Assembly (NCBI GenBank): GCA_043811535.1
Contig: JBDRNC010000038.1
Coordinates: forward strand, 45,050 to 109,049
Length of the DNA: 64,000 nt
DNA from: Elusimicrobiota bacterium
Lineage (GTDB): Bacteria > Elusimicrobiota > Endomicrobiia > Endomicrobiales > JBDRNC01
Direction of reading: 5' to 3'
This document shows positions 26,650-37,416 of this stretch, piece by piece. The position numbers and the translations under genes were made by a program. The notes below the pieces were generated by a model. It worked only from the letters and a program-made list of their open reading frames with translations, was not told the DNA's origin and made no database searches. Numbering within the stretch: the stretch's first letter is position 1; each line of letters begins with the position of its first letter.

Positions 26650-27774
26650 ATGTTCGGTACTATTTTAATTACCGCAGTTACATTGATGCAGGTCTATGTG
26701 TTTTGGCGGATCATTTCGATACCGCTGGCGGCGCGGTTTATGCCAAAGAAAGCTATTTTGGGGATAGGCATTTCGCTTTGGACGGTGTTTATTGCCGGCA
26801 GGACAATTGGAAACAGCGGTTCCGGCGCTTTTTCTGTAATCCTGGAATTATTCGGCATGAATTGGATGGGAACGGTGCTTTTGCTTTTTGTTTTCATTTT
26901 TAGCGCAGATGTTGTTACGGGATTTGGTTTAATATTGCCAAAGTTATCGCAATATTTAAAGATTATTGCGCTGGGTGCCGGTTCCCTTCTTTCAATAATG
27001 GCGATGGTTCAGGGCATGAGGCCTCCGGTAATACAAGACTATGAAGTGTATTTGCCGGGCTTGCCCGCAAAAATGGACGGCGCGACACTCGTTGCTGTAT
27101 CCGATATGCATCTTGGCTCATTGCTGAATAAACGCTGGCTGGAATCCAGGGTTTCGCAGATCACAGAATTAAATCCGGATATTATTGTTCTGCTCGGAGA
27201 TATATACGAAGGCCACGGCATTTCACAAAATGAATTTATTCCTGCCTTAAAAAACCTTTCCGCTCCACTCGGGGTATGGGCAATTCTCGGAAACCATGAA
27301 AGACACAGGAGCTCAGATGCCGGTGTTTCGTTGATGGAGGATGCGCGTTTCAATGTGCTGCGCGATACATGGGCAGAGATCCGGCCGGGTTTTGTGCTGG
27401 CAGGCATAGATGACCTTACGGCAAATCATCGTATGGGGCAGGGCAAAGATTCCATCTCTAAAGCGCTTACAGACAAGCCGAAGGGCGCAACAATATTGCT
27501 ATCCCATTCGCCTTTGCGGGCAGAACAGGCGTCAAATGCCGGCGTGCAGCTGATGCTTTCCGGCCACACTCATGCAGGGCAGATCTGGCCGTTTAATTAT
27601 CTGGTAAAAACCAGATATCCGATGCTCGAAGGAAGATATGAAGTCAATGGCATGACAGTTATTGTCTGCCGCGGCACGGGAACATGGGGTCCCAGGATGC
27701 GGCTTTGGGATCCCGGGGAGATTCTCCGCATAACGCTGCGCAGCAAGAAGGAAATAGGGAAGAAGTCAAAATAA
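26650..27774 (+). CDS. Membrane-anchored metallophosphoesterase
   Basis: SDMH, LGD, GNHE, LSH, SGHTH motifs. Confidence 0.92.
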   Translation: MFGTILITAVTLMQVYVFWRIISIPLAARFMPKKAILGIGISLWTVFIAGRTIGNSGSGAFSVILELFGMNWMGTVLLLFVFIFSADVVTGFGLILPKLSQYLKIIALGAGSLLSIMAMVQGMRPPVIQDYEVYLPGLPAKMDGATLVAVSDMHLGSLLNKRWLESRVSQITELNPDIIVLLGDIYEGHGISQNEFIPALKNLSAPLGVWAILGNHERHRSSDAGVSLMEDARFNVLRDTWAEIRPGFVLAGIDDLTANHRMGQGKDSISKALTDKPKGATILLSHSPLRAEQASNAGVQLMLSGHTHAGQIWPFNYLVKTRYPMLEGRYEVNGMTVIVCRGTGTWGPRMRLWDPGEILRITLRSKKEIGKKSK

Positions 27775-27800
27775 CAGCGCTCCAGAACAATATAAACCGG

Positions 27801-27884
27801 AAAAATGCTATAATATTTTTTAATTTCCTTCGTTAAAAAATAAAGATAAATATATTTCAATTTTTGAGTAAACGCCGTTCAAAC
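27801..27884 (+). repeat. Degenerate boundary repeat, copy 7
   Basis: AAAAATGCTATAAT 27 bp after a stop codon, and GTAAACGCCGTTCAAAC (2 mismatches to the right arm) at 27868-27884. Confidence 0.55.
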
Positions 27885-27933
27885 AGCTTGCCGGGCTTTA
27901 AGATATTTAAGCAAATGATTTACGGGAGCAAAA

Positions 27934-28368
27934 ATGATATTTAGGAGCACGGCCCCTTGGTGGTTTTATGCGTTGTTATCGGCGTTTTTTGCCGCGTTAA
28001 CGGCTATACTTGCAAAAATAGGGATTAAAGGCGTCGATTCCGACCTTGCGACTGCCGTGAGAACGGCGGTTATATTGTTGATGGTTTGTATCGTAGTATT
28101 TGTTAAAAACGGGATGTCGGGCATTTTTGAGCTTTCAAAAACAAATCTGATATTTCTATCTTTATCCGGCATCGCGACAGGGCTTTCATGGCTTTTTTAC
28201 TTCAGAGCTTTGCAGTTAGGAAAGGTTTCTAATGTGGCTCCGGTAGATAAGACAAGCGTAGCGATAGCAATTTTATTGTCCGTTATATTTTTACATGAAA
28301 CGATTACTTTCAAGGCTGTATTTGGGGCGCTTTTGATAATAGCAGGCACGATTATTGTAATAATATGA
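27934..28368 (+). CDS. EamA/DMT-family transporter
   Basis: FAALTAILAKIG, SWLFYFRAL, VAPVDK. Confidence 0.9.
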   Translation: MIFRSTAPWWFYALLSAFFAALTAILAKIGIKGVDSDLATAVRTAVILLMVCIVVFVKNGMSGIFELSKTNLIFLSLSGIATGLSWLFYFRALQLGKVSNVAPVDKTSVAIAILLSVIFLHETITFKAVFGALLIIAGTIIVII

Positions 28369-28394
28369 AACAGGTTTGCCTTTGGAGGCGGTAA

Positions 28395-29315
28395 GTGGCT
28401 AACGAGACGGTGTTCAGGCGGTACAGCGGCAATCCGATAATCACGGCGGAAGCCGTTCCTGGCGCGGACAGCATCAGTAACAGCGCGGTAGTGAAATTCG
28501 GCGGCGGATACGCGGGTGTCTTCCGCGTGGACCACCAGGATATGAGGTTCCGGCTGCACGTAGGCAGGAGCAGTGACGGTTTCAACTGGAAGATAGAGCC
28601 GAAACCGCTAAAGATGAAAAGGATCGAAGCCGATGCCGGATGCGATTTCAACATGTACGACCCGCGGATAACTAAACTCGGCGGTATGTACTACATAACA
28701 TGGTGCAACCACGGGATACACGGGCCGAGTATAGGCCTTGGGCGAACGAAGGATTTCAGGACCTTCACGCAGATGGAAGGCCCGCTCCCGACGGCAAACA
28801 GGAACTGTGTCCTGTTCCCGCGCAAGATAAACGGTAAGTACGCGATATACCACAGGCCCAGTGACCGCGGCCATACCTCATTCGGCGATATATTCTATTC
28901 CACGAGCCCTGATTTCGTTCACTGGGGATGCCACAGATGGGCCTTCGGTCCGGCGGGCGGTTGGCAAGGCACGAAAGTCGGACCCGGCCCCGCGCCAATC
29001 GAGACGCGGGAGGGGTGGCTGCTTATCTATCACGGCGTCTGGACTAGCTGCAGCGGCTATCTCTACAATGCGGGCGGTGCACTGCTTGATCTGGACAAAC
29101 CCTGGAAGGTGATCGCGCGGACAAAGGACTACCTTCTCGCTCCAACGGAACCGTACGAAAGAATCGGCAACGTCCCAAATGTCATCTTCCCAAGTTCGGC
29201 TATCGTGGAAGACGATAATTTACGCCTCTATTACGGATGTGCCGACACCTGCATCTCCGCGGCTGAAGCCAGCCTCAAAGACGTGATTACTTTTATTAAA
29301 AAGCACAGTTATTAA
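28395..29315 (+). CDS. GH130-family glycoside phosphorylase/mannosidase
   Basis: RYSGNPII, YDPRIT, NRNCVLFPRKING, WLLIYHGV, YYGCADT. Confidence 0.9.
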   Translation: MANETVFRRYSGNPIITAEAVPGADSISNSAVVKFGGGYAGVFRVDHQDMRFRLHVGRSSDGFNWKIEPKPLKMKRIEADAGCDFNMYDPRITKLGGMYYITWCNHGIHGPSIGLGRTKDFRTFTQMEGPLPTANRNCVLFPRKINGKYAIYHRPSDRGHTSFGDIFYSTSPDFVHWGCHRWAFGPAGGWQGTKVGPGPAPIETREGWLLIYHGVWTSCSGYLYNAGGALLDLDKPWKVIARTKDYLLAPTEPYERIGNVPNVIFPSSAIVEDDNLRLYYGCADTCISAAEASLKDVITFIKKHSY

Positions 29316-29442
29316 TAAGCGGACCGCCTGAGAAGGAAATTCAAGCCGCCCGCAAACGCGCGCGGTTTTTTATTGCCGGATATTTTGGTATAATCTTTAC
29401 TGAAAGATAAGGCATTGAAGAAATAAACACAAGGAGCCATGG

Positions 29443-31101
29443 ATGCACGGCCTGCTTGCCGACATAGGAATAGCGATCATAGCCGCGACCGTTCTGGGCA
29501 TAATCGCGTACAGGCTGAAACAGCCCATCATACTCGCGTACCTGATAGCGGGCGCCCTGATAGGCCCGAATATCGGGCTCAAGCTTATTACCGATATTAA
29601 CAGCATAGAGATAATCTCCGAGCTGGGATTGATTCTCCTGCTGTTCATCATCGGACTTGAGATGGATATTCCTTCTATATTAACATCCGGGCGGCAACTG
29701 CTTGTGTCCGGAATCGGGCAGTTCGTATCCTGCGTGGTGATGGGGATAGGTTTCTTCATTTTGCTCGGGTATTCCCTGAACGCGGGCGACATGAGCGCGC
29801 TGTATCTGGCGATGGCCTGCGCGTTGAGCAGCACGGCGATAGTCGTTAAACTGCTCTACGACAAGCTGGAACTGGACTGCCTTCACGGCAGGATGACGCT
29901 GGGGATACTGATCATCCAGGATATCTGGGCGATAGCGATACTCGCGTTTCAGCCGAATTTCATGGATCCGAAAGTATCGTTTCTGATATTCGCGTTAGGC
30001 AAGAGCGCACTTCTGCTTGCGAGCGGTTTTTTGTTCAGCAAGTACGTTCTCGGTTACGTATGCGGCTTGCTGTCAAAGAGCCCGGAAATGATCGTAGCGG
30101 TGTCCATAGGCTGGTGCGCGCTTGTAGCCGGGGCGGCCGACGCAATAGGCCTGTCGAAGGAGATGGGGGCGTTGATCGCCGGAATCTCCATATCCACGTT
30201 CCCTTACAGCGTCCATATAACGGCGAAAACCCTTCCTCTGCGGGATTTTTTCCTGACTCTGTTCTTCATTTCCCTTGGCATGAAGATTGCCGCGCCTACC
30301 GCGGCAATGCTTGGGGCGGCGTCCATCCTGGTGTTATTCGTGATAGTCTCAAGGTTTGCTTCAATATATCCTCTTCTGGTTTGGACCGGAGGGGGAAGAC
30401 GGACCGCGTTCATATCAAGCTTGAACCTTTCGCAGATAAGCGAGTTCTCACTTGTGGTAGCCTCTTTGGGGGTCGCGTACGGCCATATAAAGGCCGATCT
30501 TCTTTCCATGCTTACCTACTCCATGGCTTTTACTTCAGTGATATCATCGTACCTTATCAAGTATAACCACGAACTGTACATGAAAATGGAGCGTATTATC
30601 GCCTGGATCAGGCCGTGCGAAAGCCTTTCCGGGGACAAGCAGACGTGCGAGGTGGTGCCTACCTACCCGATATTGATACTCGGATACCACAGGGGCGCGC
30701 AGTCTCTTATCAGGGAGATCTCGGATAAGGCGCCGGAGCTTATTGACCAGCTGCTTGTGATAGATTTCAATCTGGAAAGCCTCAGGGAGCTTAAGAAAAT
30801 AGGCGTCGCGGGGTTGTTCGGCGATATCGCGAGCACGGACTCGCTGGAACACGCGCATATCAGGAACGCGGAAGTCATAATTTCCACCATACCCGACATA
30901 TTGCTCAAAGGGACAACCAACAGCGAACTCGTAAAGACGTGCAGGATACTGTCCCCGAAGGCCTTCATAATAGCGACGGCCGATTTCTACGATCACGGCG
31001 AGAAGATAAAGGAAGCGGGGGCCGATGAAGTCCTTATCCCGTACTGCATGACCGGTGAAATGATCACGACCATGCTGCAAAACAGAAGGAGGCACGGTTA
31101 G
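29443..31101 (+). CDS. Kef-type cation:proton antiporter with C-terminal KTN domain
   Basis: LIIQD, SQISEFSLV, many TM helices, FGDI...LEHAHI. Confidence 0.9.
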   Translation: MHGLLADIGIAIIAATVLGIIAYRLKQPIILAYLIAGALIGPNIGLKLITDINSIEIISELGLILLLFIIGLEMDIPSILTSGRQLLVSGIGQFVSCVVMGIGFFILLGYSLNAGDMSALYLAMACALSSTAIVVKLLYDKLELDCLHGRMTLGILIIQDIWAIAILAFQPNFMDPKVSFLIFALGKSALLLASGFLFSKYVLGYVCGLLSKSPEMIVAVSIGWCALVAGAADAIGLSKEMGALIAGISISTFPYSVHITAKTLPLRDFFLTLFFISLGMKIAAPTAAMLGAASILVLFVIVSRFASIYPLLVWTGGGRRTAFISSLNLSQISEFSLVVASLGVAYGHIKADLLSMLTYSMAFTSVISSYLIKYNHELYMKMERIIAWIRPCESLSGDKQTCEVVPTYPILILGYHRGAQSLIREISDKAPELIDQLLVIDFNLESLRELKKIGVAGLFGDIASTDSLEHAHIRNAEVIISTIPDILLKGTTNSELVKTCRILSPKAFIIATADFYDHGEKIKEAGADEVLIPYCMTGEMITTMLQNRRRHG

Positions 31102-31150
31102 TTTCCGCGCTCAAAAATATATCCCGCCGAAAGCAAGGGATGAGAGGTAA

Positions 31151-32482
31151 ATGCTTATGAAGATATTGTTGATTTCACCGATTGCCGACCCGGAAATAAA
31201 AACTTCCGAAGGGCTAATGATACCCCAGCTGGCCCTTCACATACTGGAAAGCCTGACTCCCCCTGAACACGAAGTAAAAATCGTTGAAGAAGAGATAGAA
31301 GCTGTTGATATTAATGAAGAGTGCGATCTGGTCGGTATCAGCTGCATGACTTCTAACGCGCCCCGGGCGTATCAGCTTTCCGAAGAATTCAGAAAAAGAG
31401 GGAAAAAAGTGGTTCTCGGAGGCGTTCATCCGACGCTTCTCAGCGAAGAAGCTTTGCAACACTGCGATGCCGTGGTAATAGGGGAATGTGAAACGGTATG
31501 GGAACAGGTGCTTAAAGATTTCCAGGAAGGCAGGCTGCAAAAAACGTATCATGAAGCGGCCCCTTCTTTGGACAAGTACATACCTTTGAAATACAGAGGA
31601 TTTACTAAGAAAAGGCTGTTCAGCGTTATTCCGATCATGACAACGCGGGGATGCCCTTATAACTGCGAGTTTTGCTGTGTTTCTAATATTTATGGAAAAA
31701 AGATACGGCACCTTCCGGTAAGCAACATAGTCCGTGATCTGCAGGAAAGCCGGCACAAACTGTACATATTTCTGGATGATAATATCATCGGAGACCCCGA
31801 GTACGCCAAAGCGCTTTTTAAAGCCATAAAACCGTTCAAGATAAAATGGGTGGGGCAATCATCCATCTCTTTCGTCCATGACACGGAATTGATGAAACTT
31901 GCCGTGGAAAGCGGGTGCACCGCCCTTTTCTTCGGCGTGGAGAGTGTATCTGAATTTCAATTGAAAAGAATGGCGAAATCGATCAAAGAAATCAAGAAAA
32001 TAGATGAAGCCATTCATATAGTAAAAGACCTGGGCATTCATTTTCATGCTTCCATAGTGTTTGGTTTCGATGGGGATACGAAAACTATTTTTCCCGAGAC
32101 GCTTGATTTTCTGAGCAGGAATAAGATCGGTTCAGCTTCGCTTAATATCCTGACGCCGTATCCCGGTACCCGGGTATATGAGCAGTTCAAGTCGGAAGGA
32201 CGACTTCTTACTCCCGACTGGCAGTATTATGACCATTCTACAGTTGTTTTTAGGCCTAAAAATATGACTCCGCATGAACTGCAGGCCGGGACAAATTGGA
32301 TCAAGCGGGAATATACAAAGGTCGCATCTATCATTAAAAGATTGCCGGGGAATATGTCCCATCCTCTGTTATTCTTCGCCATAAACATGGGCATGAGAAA
32401 GAGCACCAGGATGGACACGCTCCGCCTGCCTTTTCTGAATAATGAAATATTTGCGCCGGATGGTGGGGGGCGCGGAAAGTAA
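31151..32482 (+). CDS. B12-binding radical SAM protein
   Basis: GGVHPT; TRGCPYNCEFC; LTPYPGT. Confidence 0.92.
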   Translation: MLMKILLISPIADPEIKTSEGLMIPQLALHILESLTPPEHEVKIVEEEIEAVDINEECDLVGISCMTSNAPRAYQLSEEFRKRGKKVVLGGVHPTLLSEEALQHCDAVVIGECETVWEQVLKDFQEGRLQKTYHEAAPSLDKYIPLKYRGFTKKRLFSVIPIMTTRGCPYNCEFCCVSNIYGKKIRHLPVSNIVRDLQESRHKLYIFLDDNIIGDPEYAKALFKAIKPFKIKWVGQSSISFVHDTELMKLAVESGCTALFFGVESVSEFQLKRMAKSIKEIKKIDEAIHIVKDLGIHFHASIVFGFDGDTKTIFPETLDFLSRNKIGSASLNILTPYPGTRVYEQFKSEGRLLTPDWQYYDHSTVVFRPKNMTPHELQAGTNWIKREYTKVASIIKRLPGNMSHPLLFFAINMGMRKSTRMDTLRLPFLNNEIFAPDGGGRGK

Positions 32483-32603
32483 AATAAGCGCGGACCGCTT
32501 GACAATGAATTGCCGTGCAGAGAAAGTAGCGCCGGGAAAATCCGGCGCTTTTTTTTATTTTACGGCAGGCAGTCCTTTTGAAAAAAATAGTAAAACGCGA
32601 CTA

Positions 32604-32659
32604 TTGACAAACGCGGAACAATCGGCTATCATGATTATGTGCACACGGGTGCACATAAT
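32604..32659 (+). promoter_or_regulatory. Promoter and LacI-type operator
   Basis: TTGACA-17-TATCAT, then ATTATGTGCAC-ACGG-GTGCACATAAT (32634-32659). Confidence 0.75.
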
Positions 32660-32680
32660 TGCGCATATGAGGGCCAAGTC

Positions 32681-33673
32681 ATGAATCTGGCAAAAATAGC
32701 GAAAAAACTGGGCGTATCAAGGTGGACGGTGTCACGCGCCCTGTATAGCAGCGGGTATGTGGACAAGAAGAAGAAAGAGAAGATATTAACCTACCTTAAG
32801 AAGATAGACTACACTCCTAATATACACGCCTCAAGCCTTGGCGGAAAGAGGTCAAGGGTTATAGGCCTGATCCTGCCTAAAGGGGTCGTCTCCGGGTTTG
32901 ACTTCTTCCTTGCCGAAACAATAAAACATCTTGCCCTGGGGCTGAAAAACAGCGGGTATTCCCTGATGCTGTTCATAGACAAAGAGGGAGATGACGCGGG
33001 TATAGCCAAATTGTGGGAGAACAGGACCATCGCCGGGGCGGTGATGTTCAGCTCCACGAAGGACGACGTGGGTAAGCTTAGAGAGCTTATTAAGTGCAGG
33101 ATGCCGTCCGTGCTTGTATTCTCGCATTTTAAAGGCATTGATTCTTTCGCGTGCGACAACGAGTACGGGGGGTACCTGGCGACGAAATATCTCATCGAAA
33201 AGGGCCGGAGAAGGATAGCCTTCATACACGGCAATCCGGCATGGGTTGATTCCGCCGACAGGTTCAAGGGCTATCTCCGCGCTTTGGCCGAACACGGCAT
33301 TGTCTGCGACAGCGTTCTGGTTAAAGAAGGTTACTTTAACGTGCCTGAAGGCAAGAAAGCGGCAGAAAAGCTTATAGGTCTCGAGAAGAGGCCGGACGCT
33401 ATATTCGCTTCAAACGATAACATGGCGATCGGAGCCGCGTGGGCCATCGGCGAGAAACAACTGCGCATTCCCGGAGATATAGCCGTAATAGGTTTTGACA
33501 ACAATGCCGACGCGAAAAATACCAATCCTCCGCTGACTACCATAGCCCAGCCCATAAAGGAAATTATTGACGCTTCCATGGAAAGGCTTATAGCTAAAAT
33601 AGAGGGGAGGGAAACAGGAAAACCCGTTCTAAGGCTGTTTCCCCCGAAATTAATAGAGAGGGGCTCGGTTTAG
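32681..33673 (+). CDS. LacI-family regulator
   Basis: IAKKLGVSRWTVSRAL; IPGDIAVIGFDN; PPLTTI. Confidence 0.95.
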   Translation: MNLAKIAKKLGVSRWTVSRALYSSGYVDKKKKEKILTYLKKIDYTPNIHASSLGGKRSRVIGLILPKGVVSGFDFFLAETIKHLALGLKNSGYSLMLFIDKEGDDAGIAKLWENRTIAGAVMFSSTKDDVGKLRELIKCRMPSVLVFSHFKGIDSFACDNEYGGYLATKYLIEKGRRRIAFIHGNPAWVDSADRFKGYLRALAEHGIVCDSVLVKEGYFNVPEGKKAAEKLIGLEKRPDAIFASNDNMAIGAAWAIGEKQLRIPGDIAVIGFDNNADAKNTNPPLTTIAQPIKEIIDASMERLIAKIEGRETGKPVLRLFPPKLIERGSV

Positions 33674-33698
33674 AAATTCATTCAAGGAGAGCAAAATC

Positions 33699-36600
33699 AT
33701 GAAAAGAAAAACGCTCGGAAGAGTATTAGTTGCCGCGATTTTCGTATCCGCGTTCGTGTTTGCCGGCGGCGGAAGCCTTTATGCCGTAAATACCACGGTG
33801 ATATCCGATTTTGAGAATATCTCTTCGTGGAAGAAAAACGCGGCGGAAAAGGTTGAGTTAAAGCTTTCGCAGGACAAGGGCAAGGCCGGCAAGGCGCTGG
33901 CGATGGATTTTGATTTTTCAAAAAACAAGGCGTACGTTATCGCGATCAAAAGCGTTGACATAAAGCTGGCCGAGAATTACCAGTTCACGTTCTATATCAA
34001 GGGCACATCCCCGGACAACACGTTTGAGTTTAAGATCGTGGACGATAACGGCAATACCTACTGGCGCAGGTTCGGCGATTTTGTCTTCCCTCTGCAATGG
34101 ACGAAGATGACTATCAGCAAGGAGGATATCGGTTTTGCGTGGGGACCCGCGGCGGGGAAAGCGCTTAAAAAGATAAAAAGCATTGAATTGGCCGTTTCAT
34201 GCGGAGCCGGCGGAGCCGGTAAGGTGTATTTTGACGAACTTTGCATTACGGAACTGCCTGTGTCGGAACTGGACAAATTCCGCGCTAACCATGATATTTC
34301 CGTGACCGCGTCCGGTTCCGAAGGGGAGCAGCTTCCGCAAAACGCCGCGGACAACAACATGGGGACGCGCTGGAAAGCGGGGTATGCGGGGCCGGGCTGG
34401 ATACAGATAGACATAGGAAAAGAAGAGGATATCGCGGGAGCCGTCATATTATGGGAAGCACACGCGTCAAAATACGACATATATGTTTCCAGGGACGGAA
34501 AGAGCATGAAGAAAGTGTTTTCTGCGAGCGAGGGCGACGGAAAGAGCGATGTTGTGTATTTCAAGCCGGAAAAAGCGCGCTATATAAAGATTGACTGCAG
34601 GGAATCGGCTTCATCGATGCCGTTCTCAATATATGAAATCAAGGTCATTCCCACAAGTCTCTATCCGGAAGTGCAGGCGGCCTCAAACGCGGATACCGCC
34701 AGGAATATCCTTGACGGCGACATGAATACGCAGTGGACGGGGAAGAGTTCCAGTCAAAAGCTCGTAATAGATTTCAAGGAAATTCAGAATTTTGGAGGAA
34801 TCATTGTTTATTGGGGAGATTGCGTCATCAATAGCAGGAAAATATCCGTTTCCGGAGATATGGATAATTGGGAGGAAATATACAGCTCAAAAAGAGAGAC
34901 GCGGGGCGTTGAAAAGATTTATCCGGAAGCGTTTAACGCGAGGTACATAAGAATCGAGGCTTCGTCAAAAGGGCGTCCGGTCTCAATCAGGGAAGTGACG
35001 CCGCGCAGGCAGGATGAAAAAGGGAGTAATCAAATATTCTTCCAGGTCGCCGCCGAAAAAAACCCGAAAGGGCTTTATCCGAGATGGGTCACGCGGGAGC
35101 AGGAGTTCTGGACGCTTGTCGGCGTCACAGATGACGATGTGGAGAGCCTGTTTTCGGAAGACGGAGTCATAGAACCGTGGCATTACAGCTCTTCATTCGC
35201 CCCGTTTGTCAGGATAGGCGATAAGCTGGTGACGCGCTGCGACGTTGAGGTGACGCAGTCGCTGGAGGACGGTTATCTGCCGCTGCCGAAAGTCACGTGG
35301 AAGGGCAGGGATTTTGAAATGGAAATCAAGGCCTACGGCGCCGATGAAGGCATGAAATCTTCGACATACATGCAGTACACGATAATAAACAGAAAGAAGG
35401 ATCCTCTAAAGGGGAAATTCTATCTTGCGGCGCGCCCGTTCCAGGTAAACCCGCCGTGGCAGGGAGGGGGCGGGCTGTCGGGCATTTCCGAAATAGAATA
35501 TGACTTCAAGAAGCCGGGAATGATGAAAATAAACGGCAAAAACGCGCTTTACGCGCCGGTAGCCCCGGATAAATACGGGACTTCGGTTTTCGGGAGAGAC
35601 GATATCTACGGGGATATATCGGAAGATATCCTTAAGGGAAAACTATCCGGCCAGGTTAAGAAATTCACCGATTCGAAAGGCTACGGCTCGGCCGCGCTCG
35701 AATATGATTTCAATATACCCGCCAGCGGGACGCGCAGTTTCTATTTTGCCATCCCGCTTCACGGCAATGACAACCAGATAGACAAAAAAATAGATTCATC
35801 CAAAATAGATGCGTATTTCGGCGGCAAGTACGAATCCGTCAGAAAATTGTGGACAGAGAAACTTGACCGCGTGAAGATTGAGCTTCCGGACATGGAGTTC
35901 GTCAACACCCTGAAATCCCAGATAGCCTACATACTGCTCAATGACGATAATTACAGGCTTCAGCCGGGTTCCAGAAACTATGAAAAATCCTGGATAAGGG
36001 ACGGTTCCGTAACCGCAAGGGCCCTGCTGTCCATGGGGTATGACGACGAAGTGAAGCGCTACCTGAACTGGTTCAATAAGTTCATAAAAGATGACGGCTG
36101 GATACCGTTCATCGTGGACGGGAATGACCAGATCGTAACCTGGGGCTGGAAGGAGTATGACAGCCAGGGGCAATACCTGTTCGCGGTGTATGAATACTTC
36201 ATGTTCACCAAAGACATGGAATTCCTTAAAAGAAGCAAGAATCATATAATTAACGACGTAAAGTTTATCCAGGGGTTGAGGGCCCAGCGCAAAACCGCCG
36301 ATTACGCGTCAGATCCGGAAAAGAAAAGATTCTACGGCATCTTTCCCGAATCGGCAAGCCATGAGGGCTATGTCGACCATCCGATGCACAGCTACTGGGA
36401 TGACTTTTACGGCATACTCGGGATGAAGGACGCGGTGCTGGCTTTAAAGGCTCTCGGCGACGACGAAAAAGCGAAGTGGGCCGATGATGAAAGAAAGGAC
36501 TTCCAGGAGTGTTTTTACCGCTCAATCCAGGAAGTCAGCAAGAAATTCAAGATAGATTACATACCGGGATGCGCCGACATCTGGTGGGCCGACCCTACTG

Positions 36601-37259
36601 CCACCGCGATTGGAGCATGGCCGTGCCTGGAGCTTGACAACATGCCCAAGGATCTTACAGAGAATACCTTTGAGCTTTACTGGAAGAACCTTGCATACAG
36701 GATAAAAGGGGAGTGGGGCGGGGATTTTACCCCGTATGAGCTGAGGATCGCCAACGCCTTCCTTATGATGGGCGAAACTGAAAAGCTGAACAAGATGATA
36801 TCGAGCTATTTCACGTGGAAGTATCCGAGGGAATGGAACCACTGGGCCGAAGTCGTTGTGAGGAACCCGAGAGCGGAGCATTACATCGGGGACATGCCGC
36901 ATACATGGATAGGTTCGGATTACATATGCGTGATAAGGAACATGTTCATACTTGAAGAAGGCGATACCCTGTATCTGGGCAAGGGCATATGCAAGGAGTG
37001 GCTGGAAAACGGGAAAAGGATATCCATCACTGATATGCCGACCCATTTCGGCAAAATCTCCTACAACGTGGAATCGCTGGATAACAAGATAAAGATAAAC
37101 ATAAGCGGGAATCTGAAGAATATCGCGAAAACAATATTTGTTATTCCTAAGCTGGATTCTCCCGTGAAAAGTGTTGAGTTGAACGGAAAATCCTGCGAAA
37201 TGAAGAAGGGCGGGATTGAAATAGACAAACTGCCGTCGGAAATATCCATATACTACTGA
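33699..37259 (+). CDS. Secreted CBM-like + 2x F5/8C + (alpha/alpha)6 glycoside hydrolase-like protein
   Basis: Signal peptide; AADNNMGTRW; YEKSWIRDG, EYDSQGQ, HSYWDDF, GDMPHTW. Confidence 0.7.
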   Translation: MKRKTLGRVLVAAIFVSAFVFAGGGSLYAVNTTVISDFENISSWKKNAAEKVELKLSQDKGKAGKALAMDFDFSKNKAYVIAIKSVDIKLAENYQFTFYIKGTSPDNTFEFKIVDDNGNTYWRRFGDFVFPLQWTKMTISKEDIGFAWGPAAGKALKKIKSIELAVSCGAGGAGKVYFDELCITELPVSELDKFRANHDISVTASGSEGEQLPQNAADNNMGTRWKAGYAGPGWIQIDIGKEEDIAGAVILWEAHASKYDIYVSRDGKSMKKVFSASEGDGKSDVVYFKPEKARYIKIDCRESASSMPFSIYEIKVIPTSLYPEVQAASNADTARNILDGDMNTQWTGKSSSQKLVIDFKEIQNFGGIIVYWGDCVINSRKISVSGDMDNWEEIYSSKRETRGVEKIYPEAFNARYIRIEASSKGRPVSIREVTPRRQDEKGSNQIFFQVAAEKNPKGLYPRWVTREQEFWTLVGVTDDDVESLFSEDGVIEPWHYSSSFAPFVRIGDKLVTRCDVEVTQSLEDGYLPLPKVTWKGRDFEMEIKAYGADEGMKSSTYMQYTIINRKKDPLKGKFYLAARPFQVNPPWQGGGGLSGISEIEYDFKKPGMMKINGKNALYAPVAPDKYGTSVFGRDDIYGDISEDILKGKLSGQVKKFTDSKGYGSAALEYDFNIPASGTRSFYFAIPLHGNDNQIDKKIDSSKIDAYFGGKYESVRKLWTEKLDRVKIELPDMEFVNTLKSQIAYILLNDDNYRLQPGSRNYEKSWIRDGSVTARALLSMGYDDEVKRYLNWFNKFIKDDGWIPFIVDGNDQIVTWGWKEYDSQGQYLFAVYEYFMFTKDMEFLKRSKNHIINDVKFIQGLRAQRKTADYASDPEKKRFYGIFPESASHEGYVDHPMHSYWDDFYGILGMKDAVLALKALGDDEKAKWADDERKDFQECFYRSIQEVSKKFKIDYIPGCADIWWADPTATAIGAWPCLELDNMPKDLTENTFELYWKNLAYRIKGEWGGDFTPYELRIANAFLMMGETEKLNKMISSYFTWKYPREWNHWAEVVVRNPRAEHYIGDMPHTWIGSDYICVIRNMFILEEGDTLYLGKGICKEWLENGKRISITDMPTHFGKISYNVESLDNKIKINISGNLKNIAKTIFVIPKLDSPVKSVELNGKSCEMKKGGIEIDKLPSEISIYY

Positions 37260-37338
37260 AGTACGCGGGGCGGCTCTGTTTAATAAAACAGGGCCGCCTT
37301 TCTAGCCGCCTTTCAAAAATAATATTTTAAAGGAGCAC

Positions 37339-37388
37339 TTGACATTGAGGGGGGCTTTGTTTTATAATGAAGTATGCCCACGTGGGCA
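37339..37388 (+). promoter_or_regulatory. Promoter and LacI-type operator
   Basis: TTGACA-18-TATAAT; perfect palindrome TGCCCACGTGGGCA at 37375-37388. Confidence 0.75.
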
Positions 37389-37416
37389 GTATATATGCCT
37401 CAAGCGGAGTAAATAC

